Program-made: the position numbers and the translations under genes
In this document: positions 1 through 9,649 of the stretch, in pieces
How positions within the stretch are numbered: position 1 is the first letter of the stretch
How the letters are laid out: every line of letters begins with the position of its first letter
The notes under the pieces: generated by a model
Databases searched by the model: none
What the model saw: only the letters and a program-made list of their open reading frames with translations
Told to the model about the DNA's origin: nothing
Origin: an uncultured Chroococcidiopsis sp.
GTDB lineage: Bacteria; Cyanobacteriota; Cyanobacteriia; Cyanobacteriales; Chroococcidiopsidaceae
Direction of reading: 5' to 3'
Length of the DNA: 25,720 bases
Assembly (NCBI GenBank): GCA_964248365.1
Contig: CAXTYC010000053.1
Location: 1-25,720 of the forward strand

Positions 1-55
1 CCCCTAGCCCCTAGCCCCTAGCCCCTAGCCCCTAGCCCCTAGCCCCTAGCCCCTA
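1..55. repeat. STRR heptamer array (CCCCTAG)n, ~8 copies, truncated by the window start
   Basis: Perfect tandem CCCCTAG units; typical cyanobacterial STRR just 3' of a gene. Confidence 0.95.
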
Positions 56-64
56 ATAAAGGTG

Positions 65-433
65 CTAACTTTTCCAAATCACCAAAACCACTCCACAGAC
101 AATTAAACCCAACCCGACTACACGGCTCAAAGGTACTGGTTCTTTAAAGATAAAATAGCCCAGCATCAATGAGAAAACATATCCAAGCGCAACGGCTGGA
201 CCTGCAACGCTCAGTTTGACCCTCGTTAGCAGCAGAATGTAGGCGATCGCCCCCACGCCATAGCAAGCCAAACCGGATAGCAGTTCTGGAGTCGTAACAA
301 TCCCCAAAACATGACTGATTAAATTGCCAGCATTGACTTTTCCCAACTTCAACGCCCCTGCCTTCAACAACCACTGCCCAGTAACACTGGCTATGATCGA
401 AATGAGAAACAATCCAAATTCTGGTGGAGTCAC
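65..433 (-). CDS. Small DMT-superfamily (EamA/SMR-like) 4-TM membrane protein
   Basis: 122 aa, four hydrophobic segments, motifs 'GQWLLKAG', 'LSVAGP' and 'FKEPV...GLGLIVCGV' typical of ArnE/EamA-like proteins; GTG start. Confidence 0.8.
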   Translation of the reverse strand: MTPPEFGLFLISIIASVTGQWLLKAGALKLGKVNAGNLISHVLGIVTTPELLSGLACYGVGAIAYILLLTRVKLSVAGPAVALGYVFSLMLGYFIFKEPVPLSRVVGLGLIVCGVVLVIWKS

Positions 434-434
434 A

Positions 435-465
435 TCAGTTACCAGTTAACAGTTACCAGTTACCA
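435..465. repeat. STRR heptamer array (CAGTTAC)n, ~4 copies
   Basis: tcagttaccagttaacagttaccagttacca immediately upstream of the transporter start. Confidence 0.85.
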
Positions 466-467
466 AT

Positions 468-666
468 GCCCCATAGATTAATCTAGGGGCTTGTAAATAA
501 AGTATTTGTGTGTCGGCAGTATCTGTCCACACAATTTATTTTACCCTTCCGCGCTTCATGCGCGGGGCTTAAAACCTCTAAGCCGACAGCAACTGGTCTA
601 CTTTTTTGTGTTTTAGTCACACAAATATCGTTGCTGCAAGTAATTCGGTTTTCTAGCTTACGCTAG
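468..666. other. Hairpin-dense intergenic element; possible IS200/IS605-derived non-autonomous remnant or structured RNA
   Basis: Consecutive stems: GCCCCaTAGAT/ATCTAGGGGC, 493-544, CCGCGC/GCGCGG, GGCTTA/TAAGCC, CAGCAAC/GTTGCTG and CTAGC/GCTAG. The minus strand has GCTGTCGGC...TGTGGACAG..TGCCGAC, reminiscent of cyanobacterial tnpB 3' ends. Confidence 0.4.
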
Positions 667-736
667 TTGGACTCTCACAAGCGCTAAGATCGAACCGGAA
701 AATTTTTTCGTGTGCCGGAATTTTAGGTGTGATTCT

Positions 737-1414
737 ATGACAAGTGTGGTAAATGCCTATACAAAGGAACAAGTTGAGGTTTGGCTACGGGGGCTACTGA
801 GCGTAGCTTGGGCAGATGGCAACTTTGAGCAACATGAACAAGAATTAATTGCTAATCTGATTCAGGAAGACTTAGACACCAAACTTGATTTAACTTCCTT
901 AGAACCAATTACAGCAGAGGAATTAGCAGCAGTTCTAGGGCAAGACACGAAAATAGCAGAAAATTTTTTACGTACAGCCGTGATGGTAGCGATCGCTGAT
1001 GGTACTTATTCCGTTTCTGAAGACAACATATTACATCAATTTTGTCAAGTCCTTGGTCAGAAAGAGGAAATCTTAGCAGCCCTAAGTCACACCTTACATG
1101 ATCCGCAGGCACAAGAACAGAGAATCGCTGCGCCAGTGGTTTCAAGCGATGTGAGTATGGATGCGCTGCAACCAGTTCGCCACTGGCTCGATGAGCTAGA
1201 AATCCACGATCCCAAAGTAGCACGATTCTTGTGTAAAATGATTCCCTCTCAGTGTCCGTTTGAGCGGGATGTCACACTTTTTGGTCAGAAAATCGTCCAC
1301 ATACCAGCACTGTGTAAACTCAACCCGCTTTACGAACAGCTAGTAGGTTTGCGCTTCCGTGCCTTGTCTTACTTAGCGGATGAGTGCAAAGAAGATGTAT
1401 CAACATATATTTAG
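737..1414 (+). CDS. TerB-like N-terminal plus Mo-dependent nitrogenase C-terminal domain protein
   Basis: N-terminal 'VAWADG' and 'VAIADG' TerB-like helices; C-terminal 'LCKMIPSQCPFERDV...HIPALCKLNPLYEQLVGLRFRALSYLAD' signature. ATG at 737 preferred over GTG at 710. Confidence 0.85.
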   Translation: MTSVVNAYTKEQVEVWLRGLLSVAWADGNFEQHEQELIANLIQEDLDTKLDLTSLEPITAEELAAVLGQDTKIAENFLRTAVMVAIADGTYSVSEDNILHQFCQVLGQKEEILAALSHTLHDPQAQEQRIAAPVVSSDVSMDALQPVRHWLDELEIHDPKVARFLCKMIPSQCPFERDVTLFGQKIVHIPALCKLNPLYEQLVGLRFRALSYLADECKEDVSTYI

Positions 1415-1478
1415 CTTTTAGCGAGAGCGCGAGTAGAGACGCGCGCCCGATCGCGTTTCTACGGTTATAGCTTTTAGC
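1412..1478. repeat. TAGCTTT heptamers interrupted by a small dispersed repeat / GTAG-type REP hairpin
   Basis: GTAGAGACGCG...CGCGTTTCTAC stem at 1433-1461; 1421-1444 matches 8011-8034 at 20/24. Confidence 0.6.
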
Positions 1479-1515
1479 AATTAGTATGGAAAATAGGAAC
1501 AACTCTAAAGTCTTT

Positions 1516-1548
1516 CTAACAGCTAACAGCTAATAGCTAACAGCTAAT
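1516..1548. repeat. STRR heptamer array (CTAACAG)n
   Basis: ctaacagctaacagctaatagctaacagctaat directly before the obgE ATG. Confidence 0.85.
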
Positions 1549-2583
1549 ATGCAATTTATCGATCAAGCAGAAATTGAAGTTGAAGCTGGAAAAGGTGGCG
1601 ATGGCATTGTTGCCTTTCGGCGAGAAAAGTACGTGCCAGCTGGGGGACCTGCTGGAGGTAATGGGGGTAAGGGTGGATCGATAATTATGGTAGCGGTGGA
1701 AAATCTGCAAACATTGCTAGATTTCAGATATGCCCATCGCTTTAAGGCAGAAGACGGCGATCGCGGTGGACCAAATAACCGCACAGGAGCCGCTGGCAAA
1801 GATCTGGTGATGGAAGTTCCAGCAGGTACTATGGTTTACGATGCCGAAACTGGTGAAGTTCTGGGCGATTTAGTTAACCCAGGACAAACTTTTTGTGTGG
1901 CTTCTGGCGGTAAGGGTGGACTGGGAAACAAACATTTCTTGAGCAATAGCAACCGCGCCCCAGAATATGCTTTACCTGGTTTACCTGGAGAAAAAAGACT
2001 TCTGCGCTTGGAGTTGAAGCTATTGGCGGAAGTGGGCATTATTGGGCTACCTAATGCCGGAAAATCCACCTTGATAGCAGCGCTGTCAGCAGCACGACCG
2101 AAAGTTGCCGACTATCCCTTTACGACCCTAATACCGAATTTGGGTGTAGTACGTAAACCCAACGGAGATGGCACAGTTTTTGCTGACATTCCAGGTTTAA
2201 TAGAAGGCGCTCATACAGGTGCGGGATTAGGTCACGACTTTTTGCGTCATATCGAGCGCACCCGTTTATTATTGCACTTGGTTGACGTTACCTCACCCGA
2301 TCCAATTGCTGACTATCAAACGATTCAACAAGAGTTACAGGCTTATGGAAGAGGACTAGCAGAACGTTCGCAAATTTTAGCACTCAACAAAGTGGATGCC
2401 CTCGATGAGGAAACAGTAAAAGCGATCGCCCAGCAACTAGAACAACTAAGTCACACATCAGTCTTTCAAATTTCCGCTGTCACCCGCAAAGGACTAGATG
2501 AGCTATTGCAGCACATTTGGTCAACCCTAGATCAAATGACTGAAGAAAGGCAAAAAACTGAATTCGTAATTCGTAATTCGTAA
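1549..2583 (+). CDS. obgE: GTPase ObgE/CgtA
   Basis: '[31 protein letters not shown]' Obg fold, G1 'GLPNAGKST', 'DYPFTT', G3 'DIPG', G4 'NKVD'. Confidence 0.98.
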   Translation: MQFIDQAEIEVEAGKGGDGIVAFRREKYVPAGGPAGGNGGKGGSIIMVAVENLQTLLDFRYAHRFKAEDGDRGGPNNRTGAAGKDLVMEVPAGTMVYDAETGEVLGDLVNPGQTFCVASGGKGGLGNKHFLSNSNRAPEYALPGLPGEKRLLRLELKLLAEVGIIGLPNAGKSTLIAALSAARPKVADYPFTTLIPNLGVVRKPNGDGTVFADIPGLIEGAHTGAGLGHDFLRHIERTRLLLHLVDVTSPDPIADYQTIQQELQAYGRGLAERSQILALNKVDALDEETVKAIAQQLEQLSHTSVFQISAVTRKGLDELLQHIWSTLDQMTEERQKTEFVIRNS

Positions 2584-2592
2584 TTCGTAATT
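2561..2592. repeat. STRR heptamer array (AATTCGT)n spanning the obgE stop codon
   Basis: aattcgt x4.5; encodes the 'FVIRNS*' tail. Confidence 0.9.
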
Positions 2593-3974
2593 TATCTTTC
2601 TCCCCCAGCTCCCCCAGCTCCCCCAGCAACGCCTGCTTCCCCTGCTCTTTTCAGAGGAGTCGTGGTAATCAAAGGAGTTGCAGCGGATTGACTGAATTGT
2701 TGATAAGCTGCACGAGAGAAAGAGCGAATCAATTCTTTCGCCTGTTCATTGTTATAAGGACGTTTGACCATAGCAACCGCTATGTAGCGCTTACCGCTGG
2801 GCATATCGACTAAACCAACATCCCCCACCATCGAACCGATATCCCCAGTCTTATGAGCAATAGTAGCCCCTTTTCCTAGCCCTTTTGGGAGTAGAGTAGC
2901 TGTGACTGTCTGACGCATGATGTGCAGCAAGCGATCGCGTGACTTGGGTAAAATCAAATCACCCTGCTGTACCGCTGCCATCAATTGTGCTAAATCTCTT
3001 GGACTAGTGGTATTAGTACCTGACAAATCCGGTAACGGATTACGAATTTCTGTTACTGTCAATCCCCAGCTTTGAAAGCGCTGATTCAAAGCCGTTGCAC
3101 CTCCCAAGCGCGAAATCAGCATATTAGTTGCCGTATTGTCGCTGATTGTAATCATTTTGGTTGCCGTAGAGAGTGCTGTAAACTTAGTACCAACAGGTTG
3201 ATACTGCATATCTCCCGAACCACCGCCGATTAACTCTTTTTTCAAAGTTAGCGGTTCATCCAAGTGAATTTTTCCCTCATCTACATCTTGAAAAAAGGCA
3301 ACCAGAATCGGGAATTTAATCATACTGGCAGCAGAAAACGTTAATTCTCCATTTAAGTCTATGTAAGCGCCAGTATCGAGATCAACAAAAAACACCCCAG
3401 GTAGTAGCTTGGTATTTTTACCCGCTAGCTGCTGCACCAAAGTTTTCAAAGGCATAATTTCCTGGCTGAGCTTTAAAGCACCAGCAGTGGCTACTACCAC
3501 ACTTGCTTGTTTTTGTGGCGTTGCTTGCATATTGACAACTTGCACACCTTTGGAGGGGATGCGAATGGTGGGATTCAAAGATGACAAAACTGTGCCTGCG
3601 ATCGCGCTAATTCCCACACCCATAATCAGCAGCCGCAATGCATATAAAATGCAAAAAGACAAGAAATTTTTTTGGTTCTTTGGCAGCCTTCCACCTTGCC
3701 CTTTTACATAGGGGTGGGGTGAGCTAGACGATTTACCATAGTTAGCCACTTCTGATGCGGCTCTAGAGCGCTCGTTGGAATGATTATAAGCTCCTTGTCG
3801 CCGATGGGCATGAGAGTGTTCCTCACTTTGGTACAGATCTTGATCTGATGAGGACATCTTAGCTTGCCCTCGAAACAGTTGTTTTTGGTAGTTTTGTTGC
3901 TCACTGTTTAAGCTTGCTCTACGCTCTGTCTTTGGCTGCTTTCCTGATTGTGGCATTGCTACTTTTTCTGACAC
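2592..3974 (-). CDS. Membrane-anchored serine hydrolase, class A beta-lactamase-like family
   Basis: SxxK ('ASMIK'), SDN ('ISDNTATN') and KTG ('HKTGD') motifs; TM segment near aa 105-130; long disordered N-terminus. Confidence 0.9.
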   Translation of the reverse strand: MSEKVAMPQSGKQPKTERRASLNSEQQNYQKQLFRGQAKMSSSDQDLYQSEEHSHAHRRQGAYNHSNERSRAASEVANYGKSSSSPHPYVKGQGGRLPKNQKNFLSFCILYALRLLIMGVGISAIAGTVLSSLNPTIRIPSKGVQVVNMQATPQKQASVVVATAGALKLSQEIMPLKTLVQQLAGKNTKLLPGVFFVDLDTGAYIDLNGELTFSAASMIKFPILVAFFQDVDEGKIHLDEPLTLKKELIGGGSGDMQYQPVGTKFTALSTATKMITISDNTATNMLISRLGGATALNQRFQSWGLTVTEIRNPLPDLSGTNTTSPRDLAQLMAAVQQGDLILPKSRDRLLHIMRQTVTATLLPKGLGKGATIAHKTGDIGSMVGDVGLVDMPSGKRYIAVAMVKRPYNNEQAKELIRSFSRAAYQQFSQSAATPLITTTPLKRAGEAGVAGGAGGAGGER

Positions 3975-4118
3975 CCTTGACTATAAAGGAGACTGCGCAA
4001 GTCAGTAATCAAAATAACCAAACTACTGCAATTAACTTCAAAAAAAGCAAATAGCATTGGGACACTAGTCTAGCCCAATCGCTAGCCAATGGCGACAAAT
4101 TTAATATTGAAATAACTA

Positions 4119-4242
4119 GGGAAAAGGGTGAAGGGTGAAGGGTAAAGGGTGAAGGGTGAAGGGTAAAGGGGAAAGGGTAAAGGGGAAAGGGTAAAGGGTA
4201 ATTTCCCCCCCTGCTACCCCTGCTACCCCTGCTACCCCTGCT
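4119..4242. repeat. Composite STRR: (AAGGGTG/AAGGGTA)n followed by (CCCCTGCTA)n
   Basis: ~11 purine-rich heptamers, then 9-mers that supply the trmJ stop codon. Confidence 0.9.
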
Positions 4243-5020
4243 CTCTTCTCTCCCCCTCCTTCATACTTCCCTCAACTTTGTGGGAAAGCGCCCATTCTAC
4301 TTGAGTCAAAATTCCCCGCAACATAGCCACTTCGGAATTTTCCAGTTGGGCGCGATTAAATATATGTCGAAATTTTTCCATGCGGCTGGCTGCTGTGTGG
4401 GGATAGAGATAACCAATTTTGAGCAGCAAATCTTCTAGTTGCTGGTAAAATCCTTCTAAAACTCCCAATGAGGCATACTCAACGGCGATCGCCTTGAAGT
4501 CATCGCTTATTTGCCCTTGAGTAGATTTCGCCAGTTCATAACAGCAAATTGCTACGGCAGAGGCTAAATTGAGGGATGGATAGACAGAACTAGACGAAAT
4601 CCTGACAAAGCGTTGAGCATAATTTAATTCTTCATTACTTAAGCCTCGGTATTCGGGACCAAAAATTAGAGCCGTTGCTTGTCCTGGTACAGAAGTTAAC
4701 CAAGGTAGTGCCAGTTGTGGTTCTTCTAACACACTACCAGAGGTACGAAGACGAGCTGTAGTAGCGATCGCTCTGATACACCCATGCAAAGCCGCTGGTA
4801 ACGTCTCGACTATCTGGGCAGATTGTAAAATATCAAACGCATGAACAGCCATTTGTTGAGCTTCTAGCGACAACGGATCGCACTGGGGATTCACAAGCAC
4901 CATGCGCTGTAAACCCATATTTTTCATGATTCGGGCGATCGCACCTACATTCAAAGGACCTTGCGGTTCTACCAACACAATCCTTACCTCAGCTAAGGCA
5001 AGCTCCCACATAAGGAACAT
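4232..5020 (-). CDS. trmJ: SPOUT RNA methyltransferase, TrmJ/LasT family
   Basis: 'IVLVEPQGPLNVGAIARIMKNMG', 'ALIFGPEYRGLSNEEL', 'YPSLNLASAVAICCYE' and 'EVAMLRGI'; start may be 5011. Confidence 0.9.
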   Translation of the reverse strand: MFLMWELALAEVRIVLVEPQGPLNVGAIARIMKNMGLQRMVLVNPQCDPLSLEAQQMAVHAFDILQSAQIVETLPAALHGCIRAIATTARLRTSGSVLEEPQLALPWLTSVPGQATALIFGPEYRGLSNEELNYAQRFVRISSSSVYPSLNLASAVAICCYELAKSTQGQISDDFKAIAVEYASLGVLEGFYQQLEDLLLKIGYLYPHTAASRMEKFRHIFNRAQLENSEVAMLRGILTQVEWALSHKVEGSMKEGERREQG

Positions 5021-5068
5021 AATCGTGCATTACTTAAAATTAGATAAATAATGTATCAAAAAACGAAC

Positions 5069-5227
5069 ATGACACGTACTCGATCCAAATCTGACTTACC
5101 TACAAAAATTTGTCCAGTATGTCAACGTCCTTTTACTTGGCGTAAAAAATGGGAAGATTGCTGGCATGATGTGAAATATTGCTCGGAACGCTGTCGCCGT
5201 CGCCGCTCACAAGGGAGTAGGGAGTAG
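5069..5227 (+). CDS. DUF2256-family small Zn-ribbon protein (52 aa; absent from the ORF track)
   Basis: Manual translation [52 protein letters not shown]; CxxC...RPFTWRKKW...YCSERCR signature. Confidence 0.9.
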   Translation: MTRTRSKSDLPTKICPVCQRPFTWRKKWEDCWHDVKYCSERCRRRRSQGSRE

Positions 5228-5372
5228 CGCGAAGACAAGCGCGGAGGTTTCCTCCGATCAGAACGAGGTAAGAGAGGGAGTAGGGGGGACAAGGGGACAA
5301 GGGGAGCCACTTGCGTGCGGGGGTTCCCCCGCAGGGGCAAAGTGGCGTGACAACCCGACAAGAGGACAAGGA
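5212..5372. repeat. Heptamer arrays (AGGGAGT; GACAAGG) carrying two inserted palindromic small dispersed repeats
   Basis: CGGAGGtttCCTCCG hairpin between AGGGAGT units; GCCACTT..TGCGGGGGttCCCCCGCA..AAGTGGC (5305-5348) between GACAAG units. Confidence 0.7.
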
Positions 5373-5485
5373 GGCAATTACCTTTACCCTTTTCCCAAAA
5401 CTGGGTTTCTGGTAACTGGGTTTCTGGTAACTGATTTCCCTTTCCCCTATGGTAATTTTAAGCTTTGGAAAAAATGGAGTAACAA

Positions 5486-6439
5486 GTGCAACCTAAATTA
5501 ATTATTCATGGTGGAGCAGGTAGTTCTTTGCATGGGAAAGGTGGAGTAGAAATCGTCAGGCGATCGCTCTATCAGGTAATCGAGGAAGTATATACGCTTT
5601 TACTAGCTGGCGCAAGTGCAACAGAAGCCACTGTGCGTGGTTGTCAGTTGCTGGAAAACGATCCACTGTTCAACGCCGGAACAGGTTCAGTGTTGCAATC
5701 TGATGGTCAAATTCGCATGAGTGCGGCATTAATGGATGGCTCTACCCAAAAATTCAGTGGCGTGATTAATGTTTCACGGGTACAGCATCCAATTGATTTG
5801 GCTCAAACTTTACAAAGTTCCCCAGACCGAGTTTTATCTGATCATGGCGCAGCCGAACTGTTGCGGGAACTCCAGATTCCTAGTTACGATCCCATGACAG
5901 ATCGCCGCTTGCAGGAGTGGTTGCTAGAGCGGCAAGAAAATTTTGTCAAAAAAATGGCTACCGTAGTTGCAGAAGATGCAGAGGATATACCTTTAGCCAC
6001 TGGAAGCAACGCCGGAAGAGGAACAATTGGCGTTGTAGCGCTCGATAGTCAAGGACAGCTAGCTGCTGGCACTTCAACAGGTGGTAAAGGTTTTGAGCGG
6101 ATTGGGCGCGTGAGTGATTGTGCCATGCCCGCGGGCAATTATGCAACGGACAAAGCAGCTGTCAGTTGTACTGGAATTGGCGAGGACATTATAGATGAGT
6201 GTCTAGCAGCCAAGATTGTAGTACGGGTAACTGATGGGCTGTCGCTTTTGTCAGCGGTAAAGCGCTCGTTTACCGAAGCTTCGCAGCACCAAAGAGATTT
6301 CGGAGCGATCGCCTTGGATGCTACAGGTGCGATCGCTTGGGGCAAAACTAGCGAAGTCCTACTTGCCGCTTTCCATAATGGTGAAAAAATCGGCGATACC
6401 TTAGAAGTTGCGGCGGGTACTCAAGTTGGCTGTATGTGA
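5486..6439 (+). CDS. iaaA: Isoaspartyl peptidase / plant-type L-asparaginase (Ntn hydrolase)
   Basis: 'IIHGGAG', 'LENDPLFNAGTGS', nucleophile motif 'GTIGVVALD', 'STGG...GRVSD' and 'SCTGIGE'. Confidence 0.93.
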   Translation: MQPKLIIHGGAGSSLHGKGGVEIVRRSLYQVIEEVYTLLLAGASATEATVRGCQLLENDPLFNAGTGSVLQSDGQIRMSAALMDGSTQKFSGVINVSRVQHPIDLAQTLQSSPDRVLSDHGAAELLRELQIPSYDPMTDRRLQEWLLERQENFVKKMATVVAEDAEDIPLATGSNAGRGTIGVVALDSQGQLAAGTSTGGKGFERIGRVSDCAMPAGNYATDKAAVSCTGIGEDIIDECLAAKIVVRVTDGLSLLSAVKRSFTEASQHQRDFGAIALDATGAIAWGKTSEVLLAAFHNGEKIGDTLEVAAGTQVGCM

Positions 6440-6519
6440 GTGGCTAGTGGAACCAGTGGCTGGTGGCTAGAAGGAAGCAAAAGGGAGCAAAAGGCAGCTG
6501 AGGGAGAAATAAAAACTCA

Positions 6520-6552
6520 CCCCTTTTCCCTTTTCCCTTTTTCCTTTTCCCT
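6520..6552. repeat. STRR heptamer array (CTTTTCC)n
   Basis: Tandem cttttcc units between the convergent iaaA and glmU genes. Confidence 0.8.
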
Positions 6553-6581
6553 GCCGCCGGCAACACTAGCCACTAGTTCCA

Positions 6582-7943
6582 CTAATCACTAGTCCTACTT
6601 TTCAGTCGCCATCCTGGTTTAACCACCATCCGCGCACGGGCAATTACCAAGCAATCATCTGGTACATCTTCGGTTAAAGTCGATCCAGCTGCTACGGTGA
6701 CATCTTGACCGAGTTTTATGGGCGCTACTAAAACTGTATTTGCACCAGTTTTGCTGCCTTCGCCAATTTGGGTAGGATGTTTTTTCACACCGTCGTAGTT
6801 GGCGGTAATTGTGCCGCAACCGATATTAACGCGATCGCCCACTGTTGCATCACCTAAATAAGACAAGTGAGCTGCTTTTGTCCCATCACCCAACTTGGTT
6901 TTTTTCAACTCGACAAAATTTCCGATCCGGCAGGATCTCCCCACCTCAACCAACCCACGCAAATGAGCATAAGGACCAATCTCAGTCCCTGCATGAACTA
7001 TACTGTTTCTCACCACCGAGTACAAAATAGTAACATTCTCACCAATCTGACTATTTTCAATTAAACTCCCAGGTCCAATGCGACTACCTGATTGAATTAC
7101 TGTATTACCCCGTAGATGGGTTTGCGGCTCAATCACCACGTCTGGATGCAACTGCACCGTGTCATCAATTGTGATGCTAGCTGGGTCAATCATCGTCACT
7201 CCCGCCGCCATCCACTCTGATTTCACCCGCCTTTGCAAGATTTCATAGGTCGTTGCTAGCTGTTCTCGATCATTCACTCCCAGGATTTCCTGCTCATCCT
7301 CAACATCAACTGCCATCGCTGGTTTTAGTAAATTGACCGCATCTGTGAGATAATATTCATGTTGATTGTTATTTGCCTGTAGTTTTGGCAGTACAGCGGC
7401 TAAATCCGACCAACGGAAGCAATAAACACCAGCATTAACGCGACGATTTTGTTTTTGGGCAGCACTACAATCTCGGTCTTCGACAATTTGTTGTACAATA
7501 TTTTGACCGTTACAGAAAACGCGCCCGTAACCTTGGGGATCGGATAGTTGAGCAGTCAGAATAGTAGCAGCGTTTTGATGCTCGGTGTGTGCCTGAATTA
7601 GATGTTTGAGGGTTTGGGTTCTCAACAGAGGTACATCTGAGTTTAACACCAGCAGATCCCCCTGGAAATCCTTTAAGTGAGGCAGCAATTGCCCCAGGGC
7701 ATGACCAGTTCCTAGTTGCTGTGTCTGTTCGACAAACTCCAAATCGGGAACTGACTGCAAGGCTTGTTTTACCATATCAGCCTGATACCCTACAATTACT
7801 AGATACCGCGTTGGCTCAAGTTCCGAGCAACTTTGAAGCACTCGTTCGACTAGCGATCGCCCACCCAATTGGTGTAAAACCTTGGGCAGATCTGATTTCA
7901 TCCGTGTGCCGCGTCCAGCCGCCAGAATTGCTACCGCTACCAT
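6582..7943 (-). CDS. glmU: Bifunctional UDP-GlcNAc pyrophosphorylase / glucosamine-1-phosphate N-acetyltransferase
   Basis: '[19 protein letters not shown]', 'QLGTGHA', 'EYYLTD', 'GNFVELK', 'HLSYLGDA', 'NYDG' and hexapeptide repeats. Confidence 0.98.
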   Translation of the reverse strand: MVAVAILAAGRGTRMKSDLPKVLHQLGGRSLVERVLQSCSELEPTRYLVIVGYQADMVKQALQSVPDLEFVEQTQQLGTGHALGQLLPHLKDFQGDLLVLNSDVPLLRTQTLKHLIQAHTEHQNAATILTAQLSDPQGYGRVFCNGQNIVQQIVEDRDCSAAQKQNRRVNAGVYCFRWSDLAAVLPKLQANNNQHEYYLTDAVNLLKPAMAVDVEDEQEILGVNDREQLATTYEILQRRVKSEWMAAGVTMIDPASITIDDTVQLHPDVVIEPQTHLRGNTVIQSGSRIGPGSLIENSQIGENVTILYSVVRNSIVHAGTEIGPYAHLRGLVEVGRSCRIGNFVELKKTKLGDGTKAAHLSYLGDATVGDRVNIGCGTITANYDGVKKHPTQIGEGSKTGANTVLVAPIKLGQDVTVAAGSTLTEDVPDDCLVIARARMVVKPGWRLKSRTSD

Positions 7944-7946
7944 TTT

Positions 7947-8035
7947 TCAGTTATCAGTTATCAGTTATCAGTGATCAATTATCCATTAGCTTTTAGCTTT
8001 TAGCTTGAGCGCGAGTGCGCGAGTAGTAACGCTCA
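7947..8035. repeat. STRR arrays (TCAGTTA)n and (TAGCTTT)n plus a small dispersed repeat
   Basis: Tandem heptamers; 8011-8034 resembles 1421-1444. Confidence 0.75.
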
Positions 8036-8121
8036 TTGACACGCTATCTGATCAAAGATCCCAAAAGCTAGAAACAAAAAGGAGCGCACTACCTTTCAAC
8101 TAACCGCTAATAGCGCGCCAG

Positions 8122-9213
8122 CTAACCGCTAATTGATAATTGCTCATTGTCTACATGGGAAGTAGAGCTAATAAATTTTAGGAATTGCTCGACGAGTTCA
8201 GGATTGCGCCAACCCCTTTGTGTTTCTGCCACAATGACTTTTAGCGCTTCTTCTTGATTGAGCGCTCGTTTATATGGACGCTCACTTGTGAGCGCATCGT
8301 AGATGTCAATCATTTGAAACACCTGAGCGAGATAGGGAATTTTATCTCCTGCTAAGCGATAGGGATAGCCAGAACCATCCCAGCGTTCGTGATGGTGAAC
8401 AATGATCGGAATCACACCCCGCATCGTTCTTAGTGGCTGACAGATTCTCTCGCCAATTAGAACGTGTTGTCGCATAATTTCCCACTCTTGGGGTGTTAAT
8501 TTGCCAGCTTTGAGCAGTACACAGTCAGGGATACCAACTTTGCCAATGTCGTGGAGATAACTACCCCACTGCAAATTCCGCCTTTGAGGACGGGAAAGAT
8601 TGAGATAAGATCCAAAAGCATCGCTTAGTGTCACCAAGCGTTCACAGTGATCGCCAGTATTAGGATCTCGACTTTCAACCGACCTAGCAATTGAAAATAA
8701 AACTTGTTCGGTATGGTCTAAATCTTCATTCAAGCGCTTTTGGCGTACAAGAGACTTAACCCGCGCCGCTAGTTCTAGGCGATCAAAGGGTTTGCTAAGA
8801 AAGTCATCTCCCCCAGCTTCAATTCCACGAATTCTTGCCGCGCGATCGCTCAAAGCTGTGATAAAAATAACTGGGATCAGCCGAGTTTGCTCGTCGGTCT
8901 TTAACTGGCGACAGACTTCAAACCCATCCATTCCTGGCATCATCACATCCAGCAGGATTAGATCCGGTTGACTTAGCGTTACACCCTCTAATGCCGCCGA
9001 ACCACTTTCTGCTTCCTGAACTTCGTAGCCCTCTACTGATAACATAGCAACTGCGGTCATGCGACTTGCCGGATGATCGTCAACCACCAAAATTTTAGGC
9101 GGCTTTAAATCAAAGCTGTTCACTTGTGACACTTTTGCTCTATATAATGTAGAGTCTGTCGAATTACATCTATAGTCAACACTATCCATCACAATAGAAT
9201 GACTGGCTCCCAA
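8122..9213 (-). CDS. Response regulator with REC and HD-GYP (c-di-GMP phosphodiesterase) domains
   Basis: REC: 'ILVVDD', 'LLDVMMPGMDG', 'SKPF'. HD-GYP: 'LHDIGK', 'HHERWDGSGYP', 'DIYDALTSERPYK'. Start codon uncertain (9213, 9189 or 9123). Confidence 0.93.
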   Translation of the reverse strand: MGASHSIVMDSVDYRCNSTDSTLYRAKVSQVNSFDLKPPKILVVDDHPASRMTAVAMLSVEGYEVQEAESGSAALEGVTLSQPDLILLDVMMPGMDGFEVCRQLKTDEQTRLIPVIFITALSDRAARIRGIEAGGDDFLSKPFDRLELAARVKSLVRQKRLNEDLDHTEQVLFSIARSVESRDPNTGDHCERLVTLSDAFGSYLNLSRPQRRNLQWGSYLHDIGKVGIPDCVLLKAGKLTPQEWEIMRQHVLIGERICQPLRTMRGVIPIIVHHHERWDGSGYPYRLAGDKIPYLAQVFQMIDIYDALTSERPYKRALNQEEALKVIVAETQRGWRNPELVEQFLKFISSTSHVDNEQLSISG

Positions 9214-9649
9214 TATTAATAGTTATCCCCAACACTAGCAAAAATTTGTCTGGGAATATTTGTCAAACTGCTGCTGTAAATTCTCTTTTTATACGGTTTT
9301 TTATCAGTATGCTCAATTATTCTGTATTATCAAAGGGGATTTTTACGGAGATTTATGAATGTAGCTGTATAAAAGTAGGGGCTAGGGGCTATAAAAAAGG
9401 GAAAGCGGAAAGTGGGGGTGAGGGGCGCGAAAAGTTGGGGGGTTTTTAGCAAGGGGTCTCCCCGCCTGCCCCCCATCCCCAGAGAAAACCCCATGCCCCC
9501 CCCAAGCGAGTCAAGACAGAGACTCTGTTTCCCCCTCTCCCCCAACTTTTCAAGAGAAGGGAAAAGGGTAAAGGGTAAAGGTTGAAGGATAAAGGTTGAA
9601 ATTTCATACTTCTACCTTCACACTTCCAACGAAATACTTTCCTCACTCC

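Noticed and set aside
5122..5369. 79-aa and 78-aa minus-strand ORFs
   Set aside because: Antisense to DUF2256 and translated from repeats
9246..9646. Three short ORFs between the HD-GYP and MnmD-like genes
   Set aside because: Low-complexity translations of G/C-rich and heptamer repeats with no recognisable motifs
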